From NCBI RefSeq assembly GCF_018977255.1, contig NW_024704743.1, forward strand, positions 28,646,001 to 28,710,000: 64,000 bases of DNA. Direction: 5' to 3'. Source of the DNA: Callorhinchus milii (taxonomy: Eukaryota). A program made the position numbers and the translations under genes. Below are positions 27,153 through 38,700 of the stretch, piece after piece (position 1 is the first letter of the stretch; every line of letters starts with the position of its first letter). The notes below the pieces were generated by a model. That model worked only from the letters and a program-made list of their open reading frames with translations, was not told the DNA's origin and ran no database searches.

Positions 27153-27153
<1 letters not shown>

Positions 27154-27187
<34 letters not shown>
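27154..27187 (+). repeat. Poly-G tract (34 G)
   Basis: Direct reading. Confidence 0.95.
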
Positions 27188-27189
<2 letters not shown>

Positions 27190-27302
27190 CGTGGCAGGAG
27201 GGGGACACACTGGGACACTTCAATGGGGAGGGGGCGACCTCCTGTACACTCCAGATCCAGACTCTGTCCCACTTTAGCTGTGCATATACGGTTTGCGGCA
27301 CC

Positions 27303-27482
27303 TGTGCCCCCCAGCACTGTGCCCCCCAGCACCGTGCCCCCCAGCACCGTGCCCCCCAGCACCGTGCCCCCCAGCACTGTGCCCCCAGCACCGTGCCCCC
27401 CAGCACCGTGCCCCCCAGCACCGTGCCCCCCAGCACCGTGCCCCCCAGCACCGTGCCCCCCAGCACCGTGCCCCCCAGCACT
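27303..27482 (+). repeat. 15-bp minisatellite (GTGCCCCCCAGCACC), 12 copies
   Basis: Counted directly; near-perfect units, one a C short. Confidence 0.95.
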
Positions 27483-27699
27483 GCCGCCCGAGGGTGTGAA
27501 TGGCATCGCTTTGGGTGTAAAGTGCTCAGAGCAAAGGCAGGTGCGGGGTGGGGGTGGGGGTGCGGGTGGGTGGGTGGGTGGGGGCTGAGCCGCCCCTCGC
27601 TGCCCGGCTCAGTGCTGACCTGACACCGGGAAATATCACCGGGAGGGGGTGGGGGGGGGGGGGGTGGGGGGGGGTCTTCCCTCCGGATTGCCCATCACT

Positions 27700-28034
27700 T
27701 TGGTCGCGCGTAATGGGGAGAGAGGGGGGAGACACCGCTCTCAAGTCTCTGCCCCGTGTTTTATTAAGACGGGGGTCGACGTGACCGGTAATGGTTTAAG
27801 TGAGAGGCGCAACGCCAGGTCCTGTCGGTGCTGTCGGTGCTGTCGGTCGGTCGGTCGGTCGGTCGGTGCTGTGCTGTGGGACCCGCAAAAGAGCGGCGTT
27901 TCCCATTTCGCGTGAGCTTCTGCTAAAAAAAAAAACCCCAAGTGGGGGCTGTGCGATTGACACCACCCCCTCAGCCCTCGACCCCGCCCTCTGCCCCCGG
28001 GCTTCAATATATACGCACCCGGGAGACCTTATCC
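27700..28034 (+). promoter_or_regulatory. IRF4 core promoter / CpG-rich region
   Basis: CpG-dense relative to the CpG-poor flanks; GC box CCCCGCCC 27982-27989; TATATA 28008-28013; IRF-like TTTCCCATTTC 27899-27909. Confidence 0.65.
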
Positions 28035-28117
28035 GCACTCTGTGTGTCGAGTGGATCTGCCACGTCGTAACGAGTCCAAACTAACTTTAAACCCGGGTCA
28101 CACATAAGATACCAAAG
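28035..28117 (+). other. IRF4: Probable non-coding exon 1 of IRF4 (start approximate)
   Basis: Begins ~25 nt downstream of TATATA (28008-28013) and ends at a strong donor AAG|gtaagg (28117|28118); mammalian IRF4 also has a non-coding first exon. Confidence 0.65.
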
Positions 28118-28176
28118 GTAAGGCGACAGGACGCACCATCGCAGATAACTGCTAATATTGCTAAAAGTTTTTTTTT

Positions 28177-28765
28177 GGGGGGGGAGGGGGGGGGGTGATG
28201 GGTGGTGGGGGGTGTGTGTTGTGTGGGGTGGGGGGTGTATGTGTGGGGTGGGGGGTGTATGTGTGGGGTGGGGGTGTCTGTGTGGGGTGGGGTGTGTGTG
28301 TGTGTGGGGTGGGGGGTGATGGGTGGTGGGGGGTGTGTGTGGGGTGGGGGTGTCTGTGTGTGGGGTGGGGGTGATGGGTGGTGGGGGTGTGTGTGGGGTG
28401 GGGGTGTCTGTGTGTGGGGTGGGGGGTGATGGGTGGTGGGGTGTGTGTGGGGTGGGGTGATGGGTGGTGGGGTGTGTGTGGGGTGGGGGTGTGTGTGTGT
28501 GTGGGGGGGTGTCTGTGTGTGGGGTGGGGGTGTCTGTGTGTGGGGTGATGGGTGGTGGGGTGTGTGTGGGGTGGAGGGTGTCTGTGTGTGGGGTGGGGTG
28601 TGTGTGTGTGGGGTGGGGGTGTGTGTGTGTGGGGTGGGGGTGTGTGTGGGGTGTGAGTGGGGGGTGGGGGGTGATGGGTGGTGGGGTGTGTGTGTGTGGG
28701 GTGGGGGTGTGTGTGGGGTGGGGTGTGTGTGTGGGGTGTGGGTGTGTGTGGGGTGTGAGTGGGGT
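28177..28765 (+). repeat. G/T-rich compound repeat (GTGTGTGGGGTGGGG / GTGATGGGTGGTGGGG) in IRF4 intron 1
   Basis: Direct reading; almost only G and T. Confidence 0.9.
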
Positions 28766-29172
28766 ATATTTGGTCCATGTCCGGCTCAACGATTGGGTGA
28801 GTGACACTGTGTTGGAGCAGTTCGGGATGGATCTGTTTGAGAGGGGATTTGGCGAGTGGGGCTGTGGGTGGGTGTGAGCGCAGGGGATCTGCACACTCTT
28901 GACCCCCCCCCACCCCCCCCCCCCCCTCCCCACACACCACACACACAGCATCGGTTTATTTGTTCAAAAACTTTTTTTTTTTTGGGGGGGGGGGGGGGGG
29001 AGAGAAAGACAGAGAGAGAAAGACAGAGAGAGAAACAGAAGTCGCCTCTTACTGCAGTTGGTGGTGCATTGCTCTCCGGAGTCTCCCGCAGAGCGACTCG
29101 TGTGATTTATTCACGTAGTGCAGACCCCTGAGGATCAGTCCAGTCATTGCAGAGTTGGGGATATTTTTTTTT

Positions 29173-29345
29173 GGGGTGTGTGTGTGTGTGTGTGTGTGAT
29201 GTGATGTGTGATGTGATGTGTGTGCGTGTGTGATGTGTGTGCGTGTGTGTGTGTGTGTGATGTGTGTGCGTGTGTGATGTGTGTGCGTGTGTGTGTGTGT
29301 GTGATGTGTGTGCGTGTGTGTGTGTGATGTGCATGTGTGTGTGTG
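29173..29345 (+). repeat. (GT)n / GTGAT compound microsatellite
   Basis: Direct reading. Confidence 0.9.
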
Positions 29346-29505
29346 GGGGGGGGGTGATGTTTGGTGGGTGGGTGGGGGGGGGTGGGGTTGCAATCTAATG
29401 TTTGGCACCTGCTGCGACCCGCTGTGCGCTTACGATGCGTCTTGTGTCTCTGTGTGTGTCTGTGTGTGTATGTGTGTGTGCAGTGCAGTGCAGTGAAAAA
29501 CAGAC

Positions 29506-29706
29506 ATGAACATAGACACGGATTGCAACATGGCCCCAGTGAGTTCCGGAAACGGCAAACTCCGACAGTGGCTGATCGAGCAAATCGACAGCGGCAAATA
29601 CCCGGGTCTGATCTGGGAGAACGAGGAGAAGAGCATTTTTCGCATCCCCTGGAAACACGCCGGGAAACAGGACTACAACCGCGACGAGGACGCAGCGCTG
29701 TTCAAG
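29506..29706 (+). CDS. IRF4: IRF4 exon 2 (first coding exon): N-terminus and first half of the DNA-binding domain
   Basis: MNIDTDCNMAPVSSGNGKLRQWLIEQIDSGKYPGLIWENEEKSIFRIPWKHAGKQDYNRDEDAALFK, then donor AAG|gtaaag. Confidence 0.97.
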
Positions 29707-32700
29707 GTAAAGGCAGAGGACCCGAAGGGGTTGGCGGGGGTGGGATGGGGTGGGTGGGGTGGGATGGGGATGGGGTGGGGTGGGGTGGGATGGGATGGGG
29801 TGGGTGGTGGGATGGGATGGGGTGGGTGGGATGGGTGGGATGGGGTGGGGTGGGATGGGGTGGGGATGGGATGGGGTGGGGTGGGATGGGGTGGGGTGGG
29901 GTGGGATGGGGTGGGGTGGGATGGAGTGGGGTGGGGATGGGATGGGATGGGGTGGGGGTGGGTGGGATGGAGTGGGGTGGGATGGGATGGGATGGAGTGG
30001 GGTGGGATGGGATGGGATGGAGTGGGGTGGGATGGGATGGGTGGGTGGGATGGGATGGGGTGGGTGGGGTGGGATGGGTGGGGTGGGGTGGGATGGGGTG
30101 GGATGGAGTGGGATGGGATGGGATGGAGTGGGGTGGGATGGGATGGGATGGAGTGGGATGGGATGGGGGGCGAGGCTTTTTGCTCACCCTCTGCTTTGCC
30201 CCTCTTTTGTTTCAATCGCTCTCTTTTTACTTCTACTTTTAATGTGCAGTTTCCTCTTCTCGCGTTTTACCAGCGATTTTCTCACCCCCCCCCCCCCCCT
30301 CCCCCCCCCCCCTTCCCCCGAGACATCTCAGACTCCCCACTCTCTGGTGGGGTTCGTGTCTGAATCGCCCGCAAACAACGGTCCCGATTCACTGTGCGGC
30401 GTATCCTGTGAAGCGCTCTGAGACGTCCGGGAGGACGTGAAAAAAAAAAACGCTCTGTCAAATGCGAGGATTATTCTTGTATTATTATAAGTCACTTTGG
30501 GTGTTTTTTGGGGGAAAAAATCAGCTCAGAATCAAACGTGCATTTTTCGTAGTTGCCCATTAGTTTTCCAGAGTTATCCACTGCCTCATCTGTGATTGTT
30601 AAATGTTGTGAAGTCGAAAGATCCGCTTTGATATAACCACTGAATAATGTTCCCGAGTGTGAGTGTGTGAGAGTGCACTAACCTGTCTGTCTGTTCACAT
30701 GTTCTCTGGTCTCCCACATGTTAACATGGGTAACTCGTTGATCGTCGTATGATTGGACATGTTCACAGTATCTTCTCCCTCCTTCCCTCCTTCCCTCTCT
30801 CTAACTTTTCTCCCTGCACCTTCTCTGCCATCCCAGGGTTTGCTCTGTAGCGGCTTTAAGACGCTCGCCTGAAGCCACGAGATTTTAACACAAGTCTGTA
30901 AAAGGACCATCACAGGCACTTGTCAAATCACGGTGCACGAATGCTTTGGGCTCCTTTATGTATGTAATTCTGATCAGTGAACACTGCCACTTGAAGGGCG
31001 ATGGTATATAATGTGTCTGATTCACCTACCGATGGCTCAGTTTAAGTCAGGCACTGAGATATGCTTATTCTGTACCTTTCTCGCTTTCTATTACACTCTG
31101 CCCGGCATCGCCTTTACTTTCAGGAAAGCTGCTAAAATAGAGAATCAAGTGGGTGTGCACGAATATTCTCTGGTGTTCACACGGCCATCGAGGCACATGT
31201 TTTTTGTTCGGGAAACCACATCACCGCTAAGAAAATGACATGAGTTTTAGGTGCATGTGTGCAGGCACTAAGTGGTCAGCATTGCATGATACCCAGAGTG
31301 ATTCTTTGCATGTAACGATTGTAGGTAAAGTACCTCATCACGATTCATGAATTGTTCACTGCGGATAATATGTTTTAAGAAAAAGATTTCTAGGGTGTTG
31401 CTGGTTCGAAATGAAAATGACCTTGGGTTCACTGGTAAATGAAGGCTGCACAATTTCCTAATATAATTGTGTGTCCAGATTTTCATTGGTGGGTATGTTG
31501 CAGTGTAAAATGCATTACTTATGTGGCTGTGTTTATGAGACATGTATAAGTGCATTTCTGGTTGAAATGTTCTTGCAGTTGAATATATATTTGCTCCAAT
31601 AGATAACAACCTGTCTTTCTTGCAAGTAGTTTTATAAACCAGTAACCTACAAACATAGATAGCTTTTGCTTGTGGTTTTGTGTGTAGGATATTGTCAATC
31701 ATGACCAGTAGCTTGCTGATCAAAGATTATTGTTATTATTGCAAAAAAAAGATTTTGAAGAGTAAAAAGGTCACTTATCACAGCACACTTTTGCTTGGAA
31801 GATGTATTAATGGTCAACTTAAGTGACAGGTGATCAAGAATGAGGTCCTCATGTTTTTCAGTGCCCATTTACTGGTTGCATCATTACATCAATGGTGAAT
31901 TAGTTAGGAGGAAATCAGCTTTCATTTAACTGTTTTGCAGTTTATTATGTGTGCAGACAATACCCAGAGGTTTAGCTGTGAAATATAGTTTAGCAATCTA
32001 ACCAGCAAAACCTTAAAAATCAACACATAAGTCACTGTTGTGATGCGTTTTGCACATTATAATAAGTACTTTATTTTGACAAATTATTCATAGTCTCCAT
32101 AGTAACAGTTCTCCTGAATTACTTCAATCCATGCTTTATAGTAGCATTATGCTGAACAGTATCAGCATCGATATCATCAATGTTGTACTCTTATGATAGC
32201 ATGGTAGATGATTATTGTTCAAGATGCATGCGTTTGATATTTGCTGAGTGTGAAGCTGAGTAAATGTTAGTGGGTTTGCTGATCAAATTATTTCTAATTT
32301 GTTTCTTTTCAAGGCCTGGGCACTTTTCAAAGGCAAATTTCGTGAGGGGTTTGACAAGCCAGATCCTCCCACCTGGAAGACCAGGCTGAGATGTGCCTTG
32401 AATAAGAGCAATGATTTTGAAGAATTGGTGGATCGTAGTCAGCTTGACATCTCAGATCCATATAAAGTCTACAGAATTGTACCAGAAGGAGCAAAGAAAG
32501 GTAAATAATTACTCTTATTTTGATCAGAATTTGATTTGTGGATTGCACTGGAGGTAATGTTAAACATTTGTGGATTATGTTTTCCTTGAATGTATTTTGA
32601 CTTCCATGTCTCATATGTCAGCCTGGCTCTGAGTCAGAAGGTCGTGGGTTCAAGCCCCACACCGGGACTTGGAATCACATTGTCTAACCTGACACTCCAA

Positions 32701-35700
32701 TGTACTGCTGGGAGTGTGTTTCATTGTCGGAGGTGCTGCCTTCACATGAGACATTAAGCCGAGGTCCCGACTGCCTGTTCAGGTGGACGTTAAAGATCCC
32801 ATGGCACTACTCAAAAAGAGAAGGGAGTTTCTCCCAGTGTCCTGGGCAACAATCAACCCAAATAAAACTAAAATAAAATTGATCACTGCTCCATGGCTGT
32901 TTGTGGGACATTGCTGTGCGCAAATTGGCTTTCGCTTTCACCTACAAAATAAATATTTTCAATCCACTTTTGCGATATATCCTTGAAGCGTTTTGTGACG
33001 TCTCAATGATGTGATAAGGCACTATTCCAAATGCAAGGAGTGTTATTATTATGATAATTTCTAGCAGTAATTTTGTGCAACTTTCTTGAACTGATTGAAT
33101 ACTCTTATTCAGATTGCCATTTTGTTGTTTGTTTATATCAGCAGGAGCAAAACAAATGAGCTTAGAAGAACCACAGATCCTAATAAACCATCATTCCTAC
33201 ACTGTGCCATCTACATATTCCTCACTGCAGACCCAAGTAAGCCAGACTACTTAAGAATTTCAACCTGAAAGTTATTACTGCATATTTCTTCTTTCTGCTA
33301 AAAAATGTTGGGAGCGGGAAAAAATAAATCATTAAATTGTGTCTTTCAGATGCCCAGCTACATGGTGCCACATGAGCGTACCTGGAGAGATTATGAACCA
33401 CCACATCCTGAACACTATCCGTGTTCAGGAGTTCCATTCGCAGCACGGAACCATCACTGGCAAGGTCCTGCCTGTGAAAATGGTAAGATTTACCACATAA
33501 TGGCCTATGCAGTGGAGACAGGGATTTTAATTACTATTATCCAGAAAGACTGCCTCTTCCTTCAGTCCAGGACAACGGTGGCCAGCCTTTATGGTTGGCC
33601 AACAAAAGGCATTTTCTTGATTGAATATTTCTTGATTTATGCCATAAATACTACTGATTGAACACGGATTTACCTGGACTTGTGCGATTGTTTGGGGGAG
33701 GGTGCGTGGCCACTTCTGGCCCGCAGGCCACAGGTTGGCTGCCACTGGTCTAGGATAAGCTCAAATACAATCAATCCAATATGCTGCAAGGTGCTTTAGC
33801 TTGATTCTGGGGATCATTCTCCATCATATCCAACCACATTTTTAAAAAAAAGTGTTCTTAATTCATTGAGATACTGATACTTAAATGAATGTAGTCACCG
33901 TATTAGTAATTGATTTATGCAGTATGTGTCACTCTCATTTTTACTGTGCATTCCAAGACTAAGCAAATGGGGAACCAGTTGGCAGCTCTGGCAAGCACTG
34001 ACTGCAGTGTTGGTTTCTGCAGTTACTCATTGCATCAGTAATTCAAAAAATGACCATTTCCAGAATTGTTAGACTTATTTGCTTGCATGGGTGTATCTTG
34101 AAGGATTGTTGTAAATGGATCCACACTTCATTCAGTTGTATATCAATATCAGAATAGGCGTGTTAAAGCCTGGACCCAATTATTTGCCATATGTTCAGAA
34201 TTTGTTGCTGTGGATAATTTGGAATGCATATTTATAAAACGATATCCTTCATCTGCGAAGTTAGGTGAAAAAAACCCACTGTCAATATGCTTGCATAGGC
34301 AAATCTCCTTTAAATAATCTCATACAAGACATTTCTACTTTACCAAATTTGAGGTGCATTTTAAACGTATTTGCTACATCTTGTTACCAGGTAAAACTAG
34401 TTACACTATGCAAATGATAATGGTTGAAACAGTGCATTTTATCTGTATGTAATTCTAGTCCCTTCTCATTATTTCCAGCTTACCAGGTAACTGGATCTTT
34501 TTATGCTTGTTCACCTGCGGATCCACAAGCCCCTGGCATTCCTATTGAACCTATGAGATCTGCTGAAGGATTGTCCCTATCAGGTAAGCCTGAACATGTA
34601 TAGACTATAATGAGATTTTTTTCCAACTCTCAATTGTTGGTCAGAGATGTATAGTTTCAAGAATGTGTGGATTTCAGTCCCATTTGAGTCATCCCATTTG
34701 CTATCCTTTGTTAATTAGGAGTGAGGGTTTGATAATATTACAAAAACAAAAATTGCCAGTTTTTAGGATTTTGGAGTATTTTTACCAAAAATAAAGGTAC
34801 TTTTGATAAATAACTTTTTATTAATTAAAAATAATGAAGTAATTCAGTGCTAAAGAATCATTTGGTGTAATTACACACATTTGCTCATAGTCCGAGAAAA
34901 GCATTGGATAATACCATTGCTGCATCTGTGTAGAATGAGCCCAAGGTTTCATAAGTAATATCAAAGCGACCATAGGAAATAAAACTATTCAATTGCACGA
35001 GTAACACAGAAAATTGAAGAATGCTTTTCAGAATCTGGTCAAAACAAAATGATCACTGTGAGTGACAGTAATAAGAATGGGATAAAATGATTATAGATCT
35101 ATGTCAGAATGTAGCCTCAGGAATGTCCCAGGTTGGAAGCAAACTGAAGAGTTGAGCTAACCTGTTGGAAGGCAACTGTGATTGAAGCTGGTAGTGATTG
35201 AAGCTGCATCTGCTTTTGTTGCTAGAAAAAAAATCTAAATTTGTTGCATTTTCTGCAGTGCAGTGTCAACTACAAAATATATTTGTCATTTTGACCACAT
35301 TCAGGCACTGCTCCAAGGTGTCTGACCTTGTAATCTCAAATTAGGGGCTTTTTGCTATGGATCTCTGTTGTACCTGACTGATTCTGCAAGTGGCAGTCAT
35401 TTCTTAACACTTATTGACTAGAAATAGAATTTTGATTGCAGGTGTATGAAAGGTAAAAGGCAATTCTTCAAACCACAACAAAAAGCACTTCCTTTCTTAT
35501 ATAAAGCTTCTGGATGCCCATCATACTTTTTTTTATAAACGTTTGGGTTTCTGTACACACATTGCAATGTGGCTCATGTGCAATAACTGAACGAGCACCA
35601 GAAAAATGCACTTATGAAACTGTCTGGTTGGTTTCCTAGTGTTTTTCACTAGATAAGCAATGTGAAGCCCACAATATGGGGTCTGAAATGTGGGATTCTA

Positions 35701-38700
35701 AGGTAGAAAACCTCCCAACCAGTGGGATCTCTGCTTCTCAAATAGCTAGTGCTAGAGTGGAGAACCCATGGTTCGGTGTGAGGTACTTCCATTTTTCTGG
35801 AAGGATTCCCTATTTGTGAGACTTGGATTCCTTGTTAAGGAATTCTGTTAGAAATCCTGCATTTTAGATCCATTGTGTCTTTCATGACTAGTTACATTTC
35901 ATTGTGCCCATTGTCATTCTTTAAATGTGGATAAACAGTCAGAAAACTGACAATAAAGCCACTCTCCTTATGTCCATTGTTAAATCTAGCCATGCGTCCA
36001 ACCATACAATGGATGGCAGACTCTTCAGTTGGTTGCAGAAAAAGAGACGAAAGTTTTATAAATTGGACAAGTCTGACTTCAGATCCTACCTGGTATTACT
36101 AAGTCTCCCCTCCAGCCATCACCAACCCCCCTTGAATGCCCCTTCCCTTTATCCCCATTCTGGACATGAGACTTGAAGAAAGACTAAAGTAGAGAGAAGA
36201 CAAAGGAAAGGGAAAAAAATCAGAACAAAGATGTGATAACAAGATTGAAAATGAAAAGTAGAGACAAGACACAAGGATCCCGAAAAAGAAGAGTTGAGAA
36301 GATATGAAAAGAAAATGGTGAAAAAGACAGAAAAAAGACAGAGAGAAAAAAAAAGAGAAACAAAAATAAGACAAATGGAAGAAAGAAAAGGTAGAGAACA
36401 AGAAAAAAAAGTTTTTTTAAAAAGACGCAGAAGAAAGGATGACAGAAAAAAGGCAAAATTTGATGTCTGAACTCTTATCTGTATCTATGAACTTCTGAAA
36501 CCTGGGATTGGGAGTCTGAATTTGGAGTCCTAGTACTTGAATCTTAGACCTAATCTTGCTTATATCCAAGACTGGCTATTGTCATTGTTAGAGATCGTCG
36601 AGATGATCTTAATCTTAAAACATGAGGTCTGCCAAATGAAATCTGAGGTGCTCCTCATTTTGCCCTAGATACTACAGTATTCACTTAGAATTGAACAAAG
36701 TTTGTGTCTGAAAACAAACTTGGACCTGGTAAAGGGATATACCCCACACTTCTTGCAACTCCATTCTATGTTATTTGCTGAGCCTTATACCAATGATTTT
36801 CATCTTACTGACGCACTGAATACATCAATTTAATTTGCTTTTACAGACTTTCGGCTACAAATTTGTTTGTATTATCGAGAAACCCTGGTGAGAGAAATGA
36901 CAACAACAAGCCCTGATGGGTGTAGAATAGCCCATGGCCAGAGTCTGGAGGAGAAACAATTTGGAGCTAACTACGATCAGGTGCTTTTTCCTAATCCAGA
37001 CAACAGTGCAGAACGCAAGGGCGTTGCAAAGCTCCTCAGTCACTTGGAGAGGGGAGTTTTGCTGTGGATGCTACCTGATGGGCTCTATGCCAAACGATTG
37101 TGCCAGAGCAGAATCTATTGGGAAGGACCTTTGGCACCTTACAGCGACAGGCCTAATAAGCTGGAACGGGAACAAACCACAAAACTTTTTGACACACAAC
37201 AGTTTCTAGCAGGTAACATATTACATATAGTTTTCAAACCATAAATAGTGAGACAAAAAAAATCTAAATTCTGTGATATTCATAAATTCGACTGATTTAT
37301 TAAATCCTCCTTATCGTAGAAGAAAATAGTATTGTAAAGTAACGTTTTAACGCGCACTAATAACATGTTTAGCCTCGAATCATTAGCATAATTCAGTTTT
37401 TAAAAATTGTGACAATTTGTGCAAATATATATTAATAACTGTGGGGTGAGGGAAAGACCTTTTCCTTAATGGGGTTATATGAGATTATTTCATAAAAATA
37501 TATGAACAAATATAGGAATGTTTTAAAATTATTTATGTTGAAGATAGAATCTATCAACTCAAGATAATCCATGGGGGAAATGGGCAATATTCGGATGACT
37601 ATAGGTCCACAGTGTTTGGGAGAAATAGATATATCTTGGTGATTGTTGAACAATCCAGCATTTACCAAGTGTCTCTTTCTTCCTCGCAAAGACAATTTAG
37701 AACAGTGTGTTGATGGCTGACAATCTGTAACGTTAGGACTTGTTGTTTCCAACAGAGCTTCAAGGCTATGCATATCATGGTCGTCCACTGCCAAGATTCC
37801 AGATTGTGTTCTGCTTTGGGGAAGAGTTTCCAGATCCACAGAGGTCAAGAAAACTAATCACAGCACGCGTAAGTTCCCAATGACATGAAAATGTGGAGGG
37901 AGATCATTAATAGGAAGGAAAAATACATAGATTTGAAATGGGAAAGTAGTGGAGTGCAACTTATAATGAATGGAGTGAGTGAGTGATCAACTTTTACATT
38001 CTTCAAATGAGTTACAAATACCCCAGCCGTTACTTGTTCATTTCTTTCACATGATTGGCCAGAAAGGATTTTACAGTTATGGAGAGTATACAATGGAGAT
38101 TCAGAAGGATGATACCAGAAATGAGGGGATATAGCTATGAGCAGAGGCTGGAGAGGTTAGGACTTTTTCTGTTGGAGCAGAGAATGTTGAGGGATGGTAT
38201 GATAGAGGTGTTTAAGATAATGAACAGGTTTGAGAGGGTAAACGGTGAAAAAATATTTCTGCTGGTAGGTAATTTGAAGACAAGAAGCCTTGAATTTAAG
38301 ATTATAACTAGGTACATGAAGGGTAATGTTGGGAAAAAATGTCCTGGAGGCTTGTCAGAGTATGGAATGTTTGCCAGGGTTGGCCTTTGAAGCAGAGTTG
38401 GTAGAAGGGTATATGTGAGTTTGGAGAAAAAGCAAGGAATTGGGGTTAGGACAGCTAGCTTCATTGATGGTACAAACACTGACACTTCTACAATAGGTCA
38501 AGTGGCCTCCTACTGTTTCATAGATTTTTATGGTTCTGTGGTGCTGTGTCTCTTTCTCTCGGATGTTCGATCTCTGATGATCTCTTAACTTTTCATCTCT
38601 CTTCATCTCTGACTTCCTGTCTAGCCTTCTCTGTCTCTCTAAGTTTCTTTGTCTCTTCCTCTGAGTTTTTCTCTCTCTCTTGACTTTCTCTGAGTATCTT

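Noticed and set aside
27303..27482. Regular short repeat array as CRISPR
   Set aside because: No spacers, and the context is a eukaryotic minisatellite
26999..29408. Many long ORFs rich in His/Pro/Thr or Gly/Val/Cys
   Set aside because: Translations of the minisatellite and GT-rich repeats
29707..30363. 285-aa ORF extending IRF4 exon 2 into GW/WG repeats (superficially Argonaute-hook-like)
   Set aside because: Read-through past a donor at a conserved intron position into a stop-free pentamer repeat; all overlapping frames are equally open, so this is a compositional artefact
32299..32313. Intron end encoding FLFK, mimicking the end of exon 2 (ttcaag)
   Set aside because: Ordinary polypyrimidine tract plus AG; coincidental
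36175..36460. Purine-rich tract with Phe/Ser/Leu-rich antisense ORFs (and pyrimidine-rich 38545-39040)
   Set aside because: Low-complexity intronic sequence with no coding signal
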